A DNA stretch of 64,000 nucleotides from the NCBI GenBank assembly GCA_046563655.1, contig CM102290.1, positions 2,852,001 to 2,916,000 on the forward strand, in the 5' to 3' direction. Each line of letters opens with the position of its first letter. The first letter of the stretch is position 1. Shown here in pieces: positions 25,235-37,250 of the stretch. The notes beneath the pieces are model-generated. The model was not told the origin of the DNA. It did no database searches and saw nothing but the letters and a program-made list of their open reading frames with translations. This stretch comes from Yuukianura sp. NJ FZ-2021. Its lineage: Eukaryota. The position numbers were made by a program, and so were the translations under genes.

Positions 25235-26299
25235 ATGAAGATGTGCCCATCAGCAGAAGTTGTGAAACGCGTAGATGATCTGTTTAGCGCAACATCGCAC
25301 GATTCGGTTGACTTTGCCGCTTGGCTTGTCGCTCTACAGAACGCTGCTGGTCTTGGACCCGAAGATTCTTATGCGTTTGATAGTCCGAGGCGTCGTTGGA
25401 GTCAACCAGCTTTGCCACTTCCGGATCAATTGGATTATACGCTACTTATGCGTGTAAGTCTTCGAGACTTTGAATATCACCAACTTTTTATTATAAAAAA
25501 TATATTTATTATACTACTTTTTTCATTTCTAGTTACAAATCGGTACGAACTCATTCTCGGACAGAAAACTTTCTCCTGGTGACTATCAAGCCAAGTTTTT
25601 TGTAAGTCAAACTAAGAAATCTTTGCAACATACAGTTACTGGAGCCGTTAATTGTACCTAATGTTTATTTTCAGAATCCTATTGCGCAAGCGGGCTCTGG
25701 TCGTTCATTTCGAAGTCACTCCCTTGGTGAATCGCAAATGCAAATGATGCCAATGCCTGTTGCAGATCTGAATTCTTTCTACAAGTGGACTGAAGACCAA
25801 AAACGAAGAGAGTATACTGGAATGAAGCAAATACTTGCACAAGGAAGACCATTGTACGTCCATCGTTTGCTAAACTCCGGACAGAATCCGAAACTCCGCC
25901 GAATCCCCTTTGTCTTCTGCCCATTTTGCGTAAAGAATGGAGAGCATGCTCACATGTTCACTTCACACAATCTTTATGTGCCAAGAACAAGTGAGTCCTT
26001 GGGGAATTTTGACATTCAAGAACAATAAACGTGTTGATTACTGTTGTTTATGCTTTTTAGGTATTGTTTCTTGTCCAGTTCTCCGAAATTATGTTTGCAA
26101 ATGGTGCAAAGCCACGGGAGATACTGCTCACACGGATTCTTACTGTCCATGGAAACCAGAACGTAGGAAGATAGCGCCGAAGATACAACTTCTACCGAAT
26201 CCCAATTCTGGAAACAGAAATGATGGGGTGGTGCTGCGCCAAGTGAGTCCACATTGGTATCAAGATGACTTTCCTCCACTTAAAACACGCGCTAACTAA
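25235..26299 (+). CDS. nanos: Nanos-family CCHC zinc-finger RNA-binding protein, 4 exons (approx. 25235-25453, 25533-25601, 25675-25990, 26061-26299)
   Basis: Spliced product contains CPFC-x12-H-x11-C-x7-CKWC-x7-H-x4-C with KNGE, CPVLRNYVC and ATGDTAHT; all introns are GT-AG and in frame. Confidence 0.88.
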
Positions 26300-27123
26300 C
26301 GAAATTATGGTTTCTTTCATGTCATTTCTCTTTATATTCAAAACAATTCAAGTTAATTTTAGTTTAAAAACAATCTGTTTTAGGTCAATTCGTTTTAACC
26401 GACAATTTTATTTCAATGTTTTTATAAACCGAGCAGCCTTTTTAGCTGCGGATCAAAAATCTGGTGTGCATCGGTATCTTATGTGCTACGTTTTTTCTTA
26501 AATATTTAAAGCAAGAGCTTGCTAAATTACATTTTGCACGAACTATAATACGTGAGCAAAGATGTGTGCTTATTTTTGTGACATTTCAACAGTCAGAAAT
26601 TCAAACAAAAAAGCACAAACTCAAACGAAAAAGGAATAAAGTCTCGAAGCATGATTATCAAACACAAGAAAAATTGCATTAGTAGTACTTAGAACAGGAA
26701 TGTGAAGCTCATCCTTCTAAATGAGGGGAAATAAATATAACGAATTTAAATCTAAATTGCGCGTAGTATGAGCATTGCCATGTTTAGAATAATTTTAACT
26801 CTAAACTTAATAAATAAGTCCTAAGAAGGTTTTCTTCAAAACGTAATTAATAATCTCATATGCAACACCGTTCTGGACACGTCCAGAAGAACTTCGTTTT
26901 TCACAATTTTGAATTTTCCGATTCTGAGTCTCATTCACTGAAAATCTCATTTTGAATTTGGTACTTTACTAATCTTAAGTTTATCGTGAAGTATCACGGA
27001 TTTTCTAAAACTAAGTGACTGATAGGCTTGAAAATTATCAAAATTTTATCGCACGACATTTTGACTAATGACATCTACTGCGCTTGCGCATTTTCCATGG
27101 CGTCTAATCAGATTCTACGTTTC

Positions 27124-29745
27124 TTATGAACTAATTGACAGGCCTAGTTTCGCCAGAGCCATTTGCTTCCGAAGTCGAATAATTTCCCAGTAGCTGTCAT
27201 CTACTGAAGCCTTAACGAGTCCGTTCTTGATGTATCGCAGATAGTTAAGGAACTCACAAACTGTTGCAACCTTACGAACGAAAAAAAAATTAGCTATAAA
27301 ATGTAACAACAACTTTTTTGAAAAAAAAAATCCGTTTTTTAAAACTTACTCTATCACGACAGATTTGTGAAATGTCAAACGCCTCTTCTGAATTGAATGC
27401 AAAACGCATTTGGTAGTGACAAACTCGAGGAATGCGTAGAAGTGCACATTCTCTATACAGATTCAAAAAATTTATGATTTTGCAAAATTTGACTTTAGCA
27501 AAAAAAAAATCTTAATGTAAAAGTTTTTTTTTCGTACTTTGGAACATTAGTTTTGCTTTTTTCTGGTAACGGATCCACCCAAATGGAATTTTCTTCAATG
27601 GCTCCCATGAGTCGATTGACTAAATCTTCGTTTTCAAATCGAATGCAAGGTTCAATATCCTCTTCGTAGATTCTAGTTAAAAAATCGCTGCGACTTTTAG
27701 TCAATGTAGGATTTTCGCGCCATGATTCAAAGAGAGCATAAAGTAGTGGATCCACTTCGCCATGTTCTCGATCATCCGATCCTCCAAATTTACCATCCCC
27801 ATTAATCCTATTTTCAAAAAAAATAGTTTTCAAGGCTGACAATTTTGAATTTGGGAGTTTTTAGTTCTGGTTTTAGCCGAATTTGAATAATTTTGTTCAA
27901 GGTTCGTAAACAAAGAAAATGTTTTTCCTACAGCGGGTTGTCCAATAACTCGTATTATTTTGATTTTGTGAAAAATTTTCAAAAATGAAACCGATTGAAC
28001 TTCACCTCCATCTCTATGGCAATTTAAAAAAAATTTTTTTATTCCTATTCGAAACCCTGAGTTATTGGACAACCTGTTGTAGGAGATCCAACTCGGTTGT
28101 CAAGGAACCTTGAATTATATTAATAAAATGTTCGGGACTCACGATTTCGTTCCATCAGTCTCATCAGCTCTGCCATACACAAGATGATTGTGGGACGGAG
28201 TGCGTTTGTGCTGTTTTTTAAAAATGGTTGAAATTCCTGTTTTCCCATTGTTTCCAAGATTGGGCTTGGATGGTGTTGACGTGATGAGTAGAGCTTTAAG
28301 TGCAGCCACTTCTGCTTGGAGTCCATCCATTTGCATTTTTGTCTCCTTCAAATGCTTCTCAGAAGCAATTTCCTTCATTTTAGCTTCAGAGACCATTTTA
28401 TGTGCTTCCTAGCAACATAAATACCAAATCATTACAAATTTTTTGCAAGTGCAAAATGTTTCTGTGCATCTCCAGAGGAAAAGAAGATGTTTGTCCCTGG
28501 ACAACAATCATTTCATTAATTCCAATTTGGACCTCAATGTCACTGACTCAATTGAAAATGCAAGTTGAATAATTTTTTCATTTTGAGGATGGACTTTTAT
28601 GTCATGTCGTCTTATACCCTCTGGCTTTTGCGTTTCAACTAACGCCAATTCCATATCCCTTGCAAATGCAATGGCGCAAAATTTCCTGTCAGGAAACAGG
28701 ATTTTCGTAATAAGAGAACAGGTTCATTCATTATAAAATTCGCATGTTGCAGGCATAATTTTCCAACCTCTATCTATTCCATTGTACTTATTTAATTTTT
28801 GCTCAAAAGTAGCTTTGGTAGTGTCATGTTTTGTTTTTAACTTATTTTATCGTATGCCGCAAATCCAAAATATTTTGAAGGTTTTGTGAAACTTGGGCAA
28901 TAATTGCATTCCTCCTCAGTTAAAATTCTCAAATGCAATTTACTAATTTAATTTATGACGTCATTTGCCAATTGGCTCATTGTTTCTCAGGATTACGAAA
29001 AAGTGGAATTCAGCAATTAAAAACTGGTATTTCATATTAGTTTGGAAAATCTTGTTTTGCTTTTGTCAACTTGTGACGCACGTTTGGGAAACTTAAAAAC
29101 ACAACTTGCAAAAATGTATTTTTTTTTCAAACATTTGCAATTTGAATCATTAGCTAAACTTAGACCAAGCGACTTAGCAAATTACTCTACCTGGAATAGA
29201 GATGAAGTGAGGTCATGCAGTTCATCTTCAACGAGTTGCCTAATTCCCTTGAGCTTCTCAACTTCATCGTCCTTGGCTTGCAAATCTTCATGGGCTTTGC
29301 GCAGTTCTTCTTCCAGTTTTGCCCATTTCTCTTCAGCGACACTCTCAGTTCCGTTAATTTCTGTGGAATTGGATGCAGTTCCGCCCGGCTCTGGACAAAG
29401 TTTGACCCCGTGTGGTAGACTACTACTTTTGGAATGGCGCCGACTACTGCCGGATGTGCTGTCACTTCCCACTGCTGGATCCGAACTGTCTTCAGCACTT
29501 TCTGGAACTGCCGAGGTAGTTTCAGTCGTAGCCGATCTGATTGACTCCACTTTTGTTCCGTTGACGTGAGCCTGAATCGGTAGAGTGATGATGACCTCAG
29601 GATTGACCTGCTCTCTGTTGTTGTTCAAAGTTTTGAAATCTGGTGACACGGAAATGGACATTTTTGGAACAGGAACGTCAGTTGCGGGTGGTGAGCATGG
29701 AACTCCATTTTCACTGGATTCTTCACTAGCTGCCCCTTCTGCCAT
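27124..29745 (-). CDS. RAB3IP: Rab3A-interacting protein / Rabin8 (Sec2-family Rab GEF), about 5 coding exons
   Basis: Sec2 coiled coil [20 protein letters not shown]...[50 protein letters not shown]...[17 protein letters not shown]. Confidence 0.92.
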
Positions 29746-32700
29746 TCCTGATTTTTGTAGAGTTCAAGAGGTCACTCCTAGTTTCAGAAACTTCTGTGTC
29801 ACTTGGACAGCTTCTTCGGCTGAACTAAAAAACTGCTCAGAATCCAATCGTGTACGGAAGGGGTGGATTATGTTTGGAAGTGTCTAATCTGTAAGTTCTG
29901 CTTTCTGTTCTGGTTCTGGTTCTTAACTGAATTGACTCACAAGTGACTTCCAAGAAGGATTCTTGATAATTTTAAGTTTCCACTGAAGCCTCTTCTTCAC
30001 TTGACACTTCTAAACCAATTCTACAATGAATAAAAACGACACAGGATATTTAGAAGCCCAAAATGAATAAACTCTGATTTTATTTTTACTCAAGATCTTC
30101 AATTTAATTGGTTAGTACGAACTCACTTTTAAAAAAAAAGAAGCGTTTTTTGAGAAAAGTTTGCACTAATGCTTCCACAGGTGAAGACTTTGAGTAGAAT
30201 AAGCCTAAAACAGCTTTATTTTCCGTATTGTAACAATTTTTTGAGCCTGTTTTTCTTTCTGTTTTGTACAAACTTTACAAAGGAATTCACAATTGGCAAC
30301 TGCCTGTCTGTCACTATATGGACTCAAACGTACAAAAAAAAATCGCATTCGCAAATCTGCGAAAACCAACCAACCCAAAACTTCACAAACTTTTCCCTTC
30401 GTTGTTAAAAAGCTCTTTCCACTTTGGCTCAACATTCCTAATGCAGCAAATGGAAAATTCAAATCCCGAGGAACGAAAGTTTCTAAACTCATCTTTTTGA
30501 AATTCCTCACGTTTAAATAGCTTAAATTTTGCAAATTTGCAAAAAAAAAACAAAAAAAAAAAAACTTTTGCGTAAATTGGCGTGACGCTGTTCTGAAACC
30601 AGGTTGCTTCTGGGACTTTTAACAGATTAGCATAATCAAACCTAACATAGAATAACCTTAGGAAAACCTAACTTTTGAATACGAACTTCTGCAAACTGAT
30701 TCTACAACTATGTTAAAACAGAGCAACCTACTGTAAGCGATAGCCTAACCACGTCATAACCTGTAAGAAGCAGATAGGTCAAAGGCCATCGTGATCTCAG
30801 TCACCTTGACTTTTTTTCAAAGTTGTCAGTTTCCGTGTCAAGTCAAAAGTTGTGGCGGAACTTACGTCTCTATTGGTATTCACGCAAGTGCAAACTCGTT
30901 TACTCAAATTATTTATGGATTTGACTTCAAAATTTGTGTTTGTATGCTACGCTGTTTCTTTTATACTGAAAAATATATCAAGTATTCAGAGTTGCATAAA
31001 ACTTTCAATTGTACTGACAATCACGACCTAAACTTTTTTTCCCCCGAAATTCTTTGTTTTCAAAACAATTTGAGTTGTGTATGTGACCAGAATTAAAAAA
31101 ATACAACTTTTCATGAAATTTCAATTTCTAAACTTTTTGTGGTTGCAAGGGAATCTTTGTTGAGAATTGATCTTAACTATCATAAACATAGTGCAAAAGA
31201 CGTAGTTGCCAATTACCCCTATCCACTTTGTTTCACCTTATGTTTTCAATAGGTAAACAAACAACTGCGCATGAGCATTAAGATTTTTTCTTAGAACTGA
31301 AGTGCATAACTTCATAACAAGTACAAAAAAACGACGCGCGTGATGATGTTCAATTATTTTTACGAATCGCCAGTCACTTAGGATTTATGTTTTTGTCTGG
31401 ACTTGCATTTATCAATGCCTGAAACCAATTTTGTGAAAAATTGTAGGGCGTTTCCCCAATCCTTTTTCTTTGCTTTTAACATGGACATCATGAACACTAT
31501 GGAAAAAACCAATCAGATCAGTTACAGAAGCAGAAGTTCTTCCAGAAGAGCCAAAACCACATGCTGATAATGGAACCACTTTCCAAAATGTAATTTAACT
31601 TCTTGCGTGAGTCGGTCGTAAATTAACTTTGTTCCTAATTATTGGAAACTGACGTCATTTCCAGCATAAGTTATTTGGCGCCGTTATGTTAGCATTGACA
31701 TCATAAAGTAAGCGGAACTTTTTTAAGTGCTGTTTTCCTAGTTTCCATTGTTGCAAAATGGATTTTATTTTTGGAACAAGTTAATTACTAAAAGCTAACA
31801 CGAGTAATTTGAAACTGCATTTTGTGTTCCTACAAACTGAATGTTTAAGTTCTGGAGCAGGTAACTCATCAAATCTAAGTGCTGTTCCTGTCAACATGCC
31901 GTGTTTAACAATTAATAATTTTTAGAATCATCAACCTAACAATTCCTGTCCTAAAGCTGGGATATTAGTTTACTTCGCAGAAAAAAGTTTAACAAATCTC
32001 AAACATGCACTATGTTAAAAAAATAAGAAACGAAAAAATAGAGCTGACAGTGACGAATTTCTTTTCAAATGTGAAATTTTCCAATTTGAAAATTTCGCCA
32101 AAAACAAAATTGGAAAACATTATTCTACATTTCAGTTTAAACATCAAGTCATGAAATGATTTAATGAACTACTACTTCAATAAACGTTTCGAATTTGTCT
32201 AAATTGGAAAATTTGGATATTGCTCAACTCAAATTTCAATTCAATTTGAAATTTGTAAATTGCATACATAATCTTCCCATGTCCCTTGACCACTGCATAA
32301 TACGGATTCACCTGTGTAAAACGAAGGGGTGGGGGTTTGCAGACTTAAATTCCTGAGATAGGAATGTGGCCAAATCCATTGTTGTTGAAGAAACCATTGT
32401 TAAGCGTAAAAACGAACCAAGGAAAAGTAGGTCTCATCTCCCTCACGCCTCCAAGTCCCCATTGTTATTACACGTTAACAATGGGTATTAGAAGTGTTCA
32501 GAAAGTGAGACACCTTCAAACTTCACTTTATTGCAGTCCTTAACAATTTCTAATTCTTAAAAGTACAAGATCCGAAGGCCGTAAGCTATGTAAAATACGT
32601 CACAAGTACAAAATTCCAGCAAGCAATTCAGAAACTTCATGAAGCAATTTAAATTGTGACAGAATATTAAAAAAATTATGACAAGCGAAGTGTTTTGACA

Positions 32701-33335
32701 AATTCCAAAGCTAACTTCAGAAATAATACACAAGATTAGACCAAACTCATAATAAAAAAAAATCAAAATTTCATAATTTCATAAATAAAAAAAATCATAA
32801 TTTCAAAAAATCCGAAATGTCCAGAAATTCAGCTTTTCCAAACTTCAAAAATCTTCAAAAATCCAAAAATGAAAAATAAAAAATTAATAAAATGTTTGGT
32901 TGAATGGCTCTGAAAGAAAAGTTAGGCATAGAATACATCAATTGGTGGTCAAATTATTCTCAATTGAAGAGAAATCATAAAGAACGTCAAATTTCAAAAC
33001 TCATTAGCACCTCTTGGCTAGAAGACACTTCGCAAAATATTTGAAGGAATGGGACTGTGAAGTGTAGTACTTATGATTAAGTGGACTTGTGAAGATGGTA
33101 CAGCTAGAGTAATTACTAATTAAATTAAAGTTACAACTGGGAAGGCTCAAAAGTGAAATCTTTTAGACTTGGCCTTAATGATGACTGCAAATTCCCATTT
33201 TTAAAGTGCTGACAGACAATGGAAGTGAGAAAGAAAGTGAAGGCATAAGAGCATTAAACGTGATTTGGCAATTGTCATGTTTCCTTCAAACAATTTCAAA
33301 TTTATAAATCGAGGGAATGCGCGCGCGCTCTTTAA

Positions 33336-33348
33336 AGGTCATTGACCC
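33336..33348. promoter_or_regulatory. IR-1 nuclear-receptor palindrome (ecdysone response element-like)
   Basis: AGGTCA-T-TGACCC in non-coding DNA upstream of RAB3IP. Confidence 0.35.
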
Positions 33349-34202
33349 GCTCTCCGTTTCATACGATCAATACTCAAGTCGCAGAAAGGCAAACGGAGCT
33401 GCGGTTGATACGAACCAAATGTTTGTAAAACATACTTTCCATATGTAGTTAAATTTTCAAAATCAAAAGTATTTTTCGAAAATTGGTACCTCAACAAAAA
33501 ATATAAACTCAATTTAAGGTTCTTTCAATTGAATCAACTGGGACAGTGAAACCATAAAAGTTTTTGGTGTTGGGTTTCATGTTGTTTGTTTTTGAAAAGA
33601 AAACACAAAAAAATGGCAATAAATCGACCCAAAACCGCAAAACTGTGGCAATTATCCCAGTATTCCCATTTGCACAAATTATTGGTAAGACTTCACACAA
33701 ACGCTTGCCCAATATGTTATTTTTTACTATCAAAAAAATTGAACTACTTCAAAAACAAGAAATTTCCAAGAAACTTTAAATTAGTACAAAAAATCAGGTT
33801 ACAATTTACACTTACCATCAAAACCAAAACTTTCACGATTCAAACTTCAAATTCAATACCGTCAATTGAAAACCTAAACTTAAAAAATACACAATTTTGC
33901 ACACATTCACTCTGCTAAACAAAAGCGTCTACTGTCCTTTGTCACACGAATGTTAACGTAATGTTAACTATAGAAGTACCTCTTGCAAACAGGTGAAAAT
34001 AATTATATAATTTTGCAAAAATCGTGAATGTAACTCTGCACTTCCTGTTATTCTGTTTCCTTCATCTCGTCTGCTAAAAGATCAACTTCCGTTCCTTTTG
34101 CCTGCTTTGCTCTACTGCTCCAAGTAAGTCAATTTGGAACAAAACAATTTGGAACAATGGAACGCAAATAATAATATGGAGGAAGTTGGACTATTTGTGC
34201 TT

Positions 34203-34428
34203 GAGGGATGCAACGAAGGGTCTGTTGACTGTAGCCTTGCACGCTAAACACTGCTACAAGATCACTATGGGCAAGATCAGGATGATCTCGGCGTACTTGG
34301 GAAATGGGGAGATGCGCTCTTGTGGCATTCCACTTTCTACTGCATCTCTACAGATCAGTCTACGCTGCTTCGTTCCTAACGGAGAGTAGCGGATCTCGGA
34401 ATGGAATTTTACCTTCACAACACCTCTC
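34203..34428. ncRNA. Candidate structured RNA (~226 nt), family unknown
   Basis: GC-richer island whose ends pair (minus strand GAGAGGTGTTGTGAAGG with CCTTCGTTGCATCCCTC, several G-U pairs) and enclose four internal hairpins. Confidence 0.35.
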
Positions 34429-35222
34429 GTATAAACAAAAAACTGACTTTTGTCAGGATTGTCAACAATGAGAATAAGAAACGAGAGCACTTTATAACGT
34501 TATGTTATGCTAATATCACGTGTATAAAAAAACGCTATGTTGCGTAAAACGGCAAACTTTTAAGTCAAATTGTCACACTACTGTCAAGCCTTCAACAATG
34601 GCAACGTAAAGAAAAGTTTGAGAAAGTCATGGTCAATGGGATCCTGTGCTATGTTAAATGTGTAACATACATAATGCATTAGTAAATACTGTACATACCC
34701 TGTAAATATAGATTTTTCGTAAAAATTAATGAGAAATCGTTTCAGATTTTGGAAGAAAAGGTTTTTGAATTTTTTTTTGGATGTTCAGTGGTGGACAGCA
34801 CGACAGCAGCCACCAGTGTAGCTGATAAACAGGAAGCGCCATCTACATGGAAAATGTACATATGGACAATGGACACTCGAATTATGGTTACAGTACGGTC
34901 GAATCTTCCATTTTGCTGCACAAATTCTATTAATTTAGAGTAACCTGAAATGTTTCAAATGTTAAAATCGCAATAAAAATTTGACATGTTGTATTTTGTA
35001 ATAGTTGGACGGAAATGAGTTATTTATTAAGATTACTTCTCGTGATTGCATATTCTTTTTTATTGATTATGGAATTACTGAAGTTTAGAATTCACCAGTA
35101 TAACAATAACGATATTAACTAAACATTAGACGCATGCATACAAGTTTTCCTTTCGAACTTTTTTTTTCATCATCGGTGATATTATTCAGTCAGTGCCTGT
35201 GTGGCTTGACCTTGTTTGACCC

Positions 35223-35901
35223 TCATTTTTTGGCAGTCCGAGTAGAAGGTGAAGTATTTTGGAGGGATTTTTCTTGAAGGCTTTGTCTCTTTATCTCTTC
35301 CCATTTGGCAGATCCAAGAGATCGTCGAAAGTGGTCGTCCACTGGAAACATAATAAAATTTGTACTGGTTTGGTTCATCTTAAAGTTAAAGATAGGTTAA
35401 AGTTTAACCGTAATACTTACCGCCTTGAGTGGACACGTCGGTAGGAGCAGTATGATATAAATCTCGGCACAAACTCCGTCGAAAATGCTCCTCAACATCA
35501 TTGTTTGACAGCTCAATGACAAGAATATGAGAATTAGGTTCATCGGATGTCCTCGGGGACGATGGAGGGTCAAGCTTAATAGCTTCGTCTTCCGTTACCG
35601 CATAAGGTATGTTGGCCCCACCACGACTATTGTTTAGCGTTCGAGGTGGCGATGAAGGTTCAACTTTCAGGACTTCCATAGGTACCGGATACGGAACCAT
35701 CTCGACATCTCGTCGTCCATTTAAATTCCTAGGCGGAGACGGTGGTTCAACTTTTAGGACTTCCATTGGTACTGGATAAGGAACCATTGCCGTTTCTCTT
35801 GCAATTACTGATGCTCTCTTCTTCTTCGGTAAGTACTCATTTGGCGATGATCGCTTTCGCGACTTGAGACTCATGTCCAAAGGTTCATCTAGGCGCTGCA
35901 T
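35223..35901 (-). CDS. VGLL4: Vestigial-like 4 / Tgi-type protein with two TDU motifs; 2 coding exons (35901-35421 and ~35342-35223)
   Basis: DEPLDMS; TDU1 VEEHFRRSL; TDU2 VDDHFRRSLG in a short second exon missed by the ORF track (G|TG splice). Confidence 0.8.
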
Positions 35902-37250
35902 GAGGAATATCTATAAATTTTATAAACATACGTACTTAAGATCCTGGATGTAACTACTTAAATAAGATTAATAGTAATAAATAACTAATGCCGTAATAAC
36001 TCCGATAAATCTAAATCCTTAGTACATTAAAACATCAAAATTAATAAACATTAAATGTGCCAAAATACATGTCGAATTTAAAAAAAAACTAACTTATAAA
36101 CAATCTTACCTGTTATGTTTCCTCTGTGTATAAAAAAGGCAGGACGTAAGTGTCGGAATTTCGGACCAAGAGTAGGACACTGACACCGTTTGACATGTGA
36201 CTCAGAGGTCACGTCACTCCGTCATCCGTGATACGTGGTATGGTGTCTGTCGTCCCTCAGTCTGGCCCGATATCCGATTCTTCCTGGAAGGAGGAAGCTC
36301 CACAAGGAGGTTGGCAACAAACGGTGTTAAGTGGGAAATGAAGAAGAAATTTTACAAGAATTTGTTTCCTCTTCTTTTGTCTATTTCAAAACCACCACAC
36401 TTCCCTCTTCCATCTTCACACCTTCTTAAGTGCACCCTCTTACTCATTCACCTTGGTTCAAGTAAGGTGGTGAGCATTAATAATTGAATCAATGTCGATT
36501 AATTGTTCCTTTTAAATTTAACTTTGGACTACAAACTGAAAGCGGTTTAATGATTCATCCGTCAGCATTAGCCAAGGCATTTCACTCTCATTGCCTTTTC
36601 CAGACTTTAATTTCTAACGCAACTCTCTCTTTTTCCCAAGGGCGAGGACCTAGGAATTGCTTTCTAAAATCATAGACGCCATTTTTTAAAAGAATGTTTG
36701 TAATTTATGTTAAACATTCAGCGTACTTGTTTTCAACTCTGAACGTCTGTAAACATACACAAATCAAATGTTTAATTTTTAGTAAATTGGGATTTTTATG
36801 ATTTTCGAGTGAAACTACACATAATAGAGTTGCAAATTCAACACTCGGCTGGCCAACGCAATAGAGTGAGTCATACGGCGGTGACTCAATTTAAGCTACG
36901 TGGCTTTGTTAACTCTAAAATTACACATTGTCCAAAGTAATTCTGTTTTAATATTAATTAGTTAATTATTAGTATCTATAAGCCAATAATTATTATTGAT
37001 TTCAGATTTATTTTGTTGTATTGTTGAGTGAGACACATTGTTTTCGTTGCCAAATAAAATCGCGGGAGAAAGTTAGATTCAAATGTTTAGAAAAAATCCT
37101 CCTTTCGAATGCAATTTTTTTTTAATATCTTTTCGAAATCAATTCTAAAATGTCAAATAAAGTGATTCATTCGTTTTGCCATTTTTTGTTAGGTTAGTTT
37201 TAAGTTTAAAAATAGACTAAATGTTAGGATTAACGGAATAACTGTTTACG

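Noticed and set aside
34186..34490. Short ORFs on both strands, or telomerase RNA / RNase P / SRP identity
   Set aside because: No protein motif; only a 6-nt CCTAAC match; the P4 pseudoknot pair and SRP helix-8 consensus were not found.
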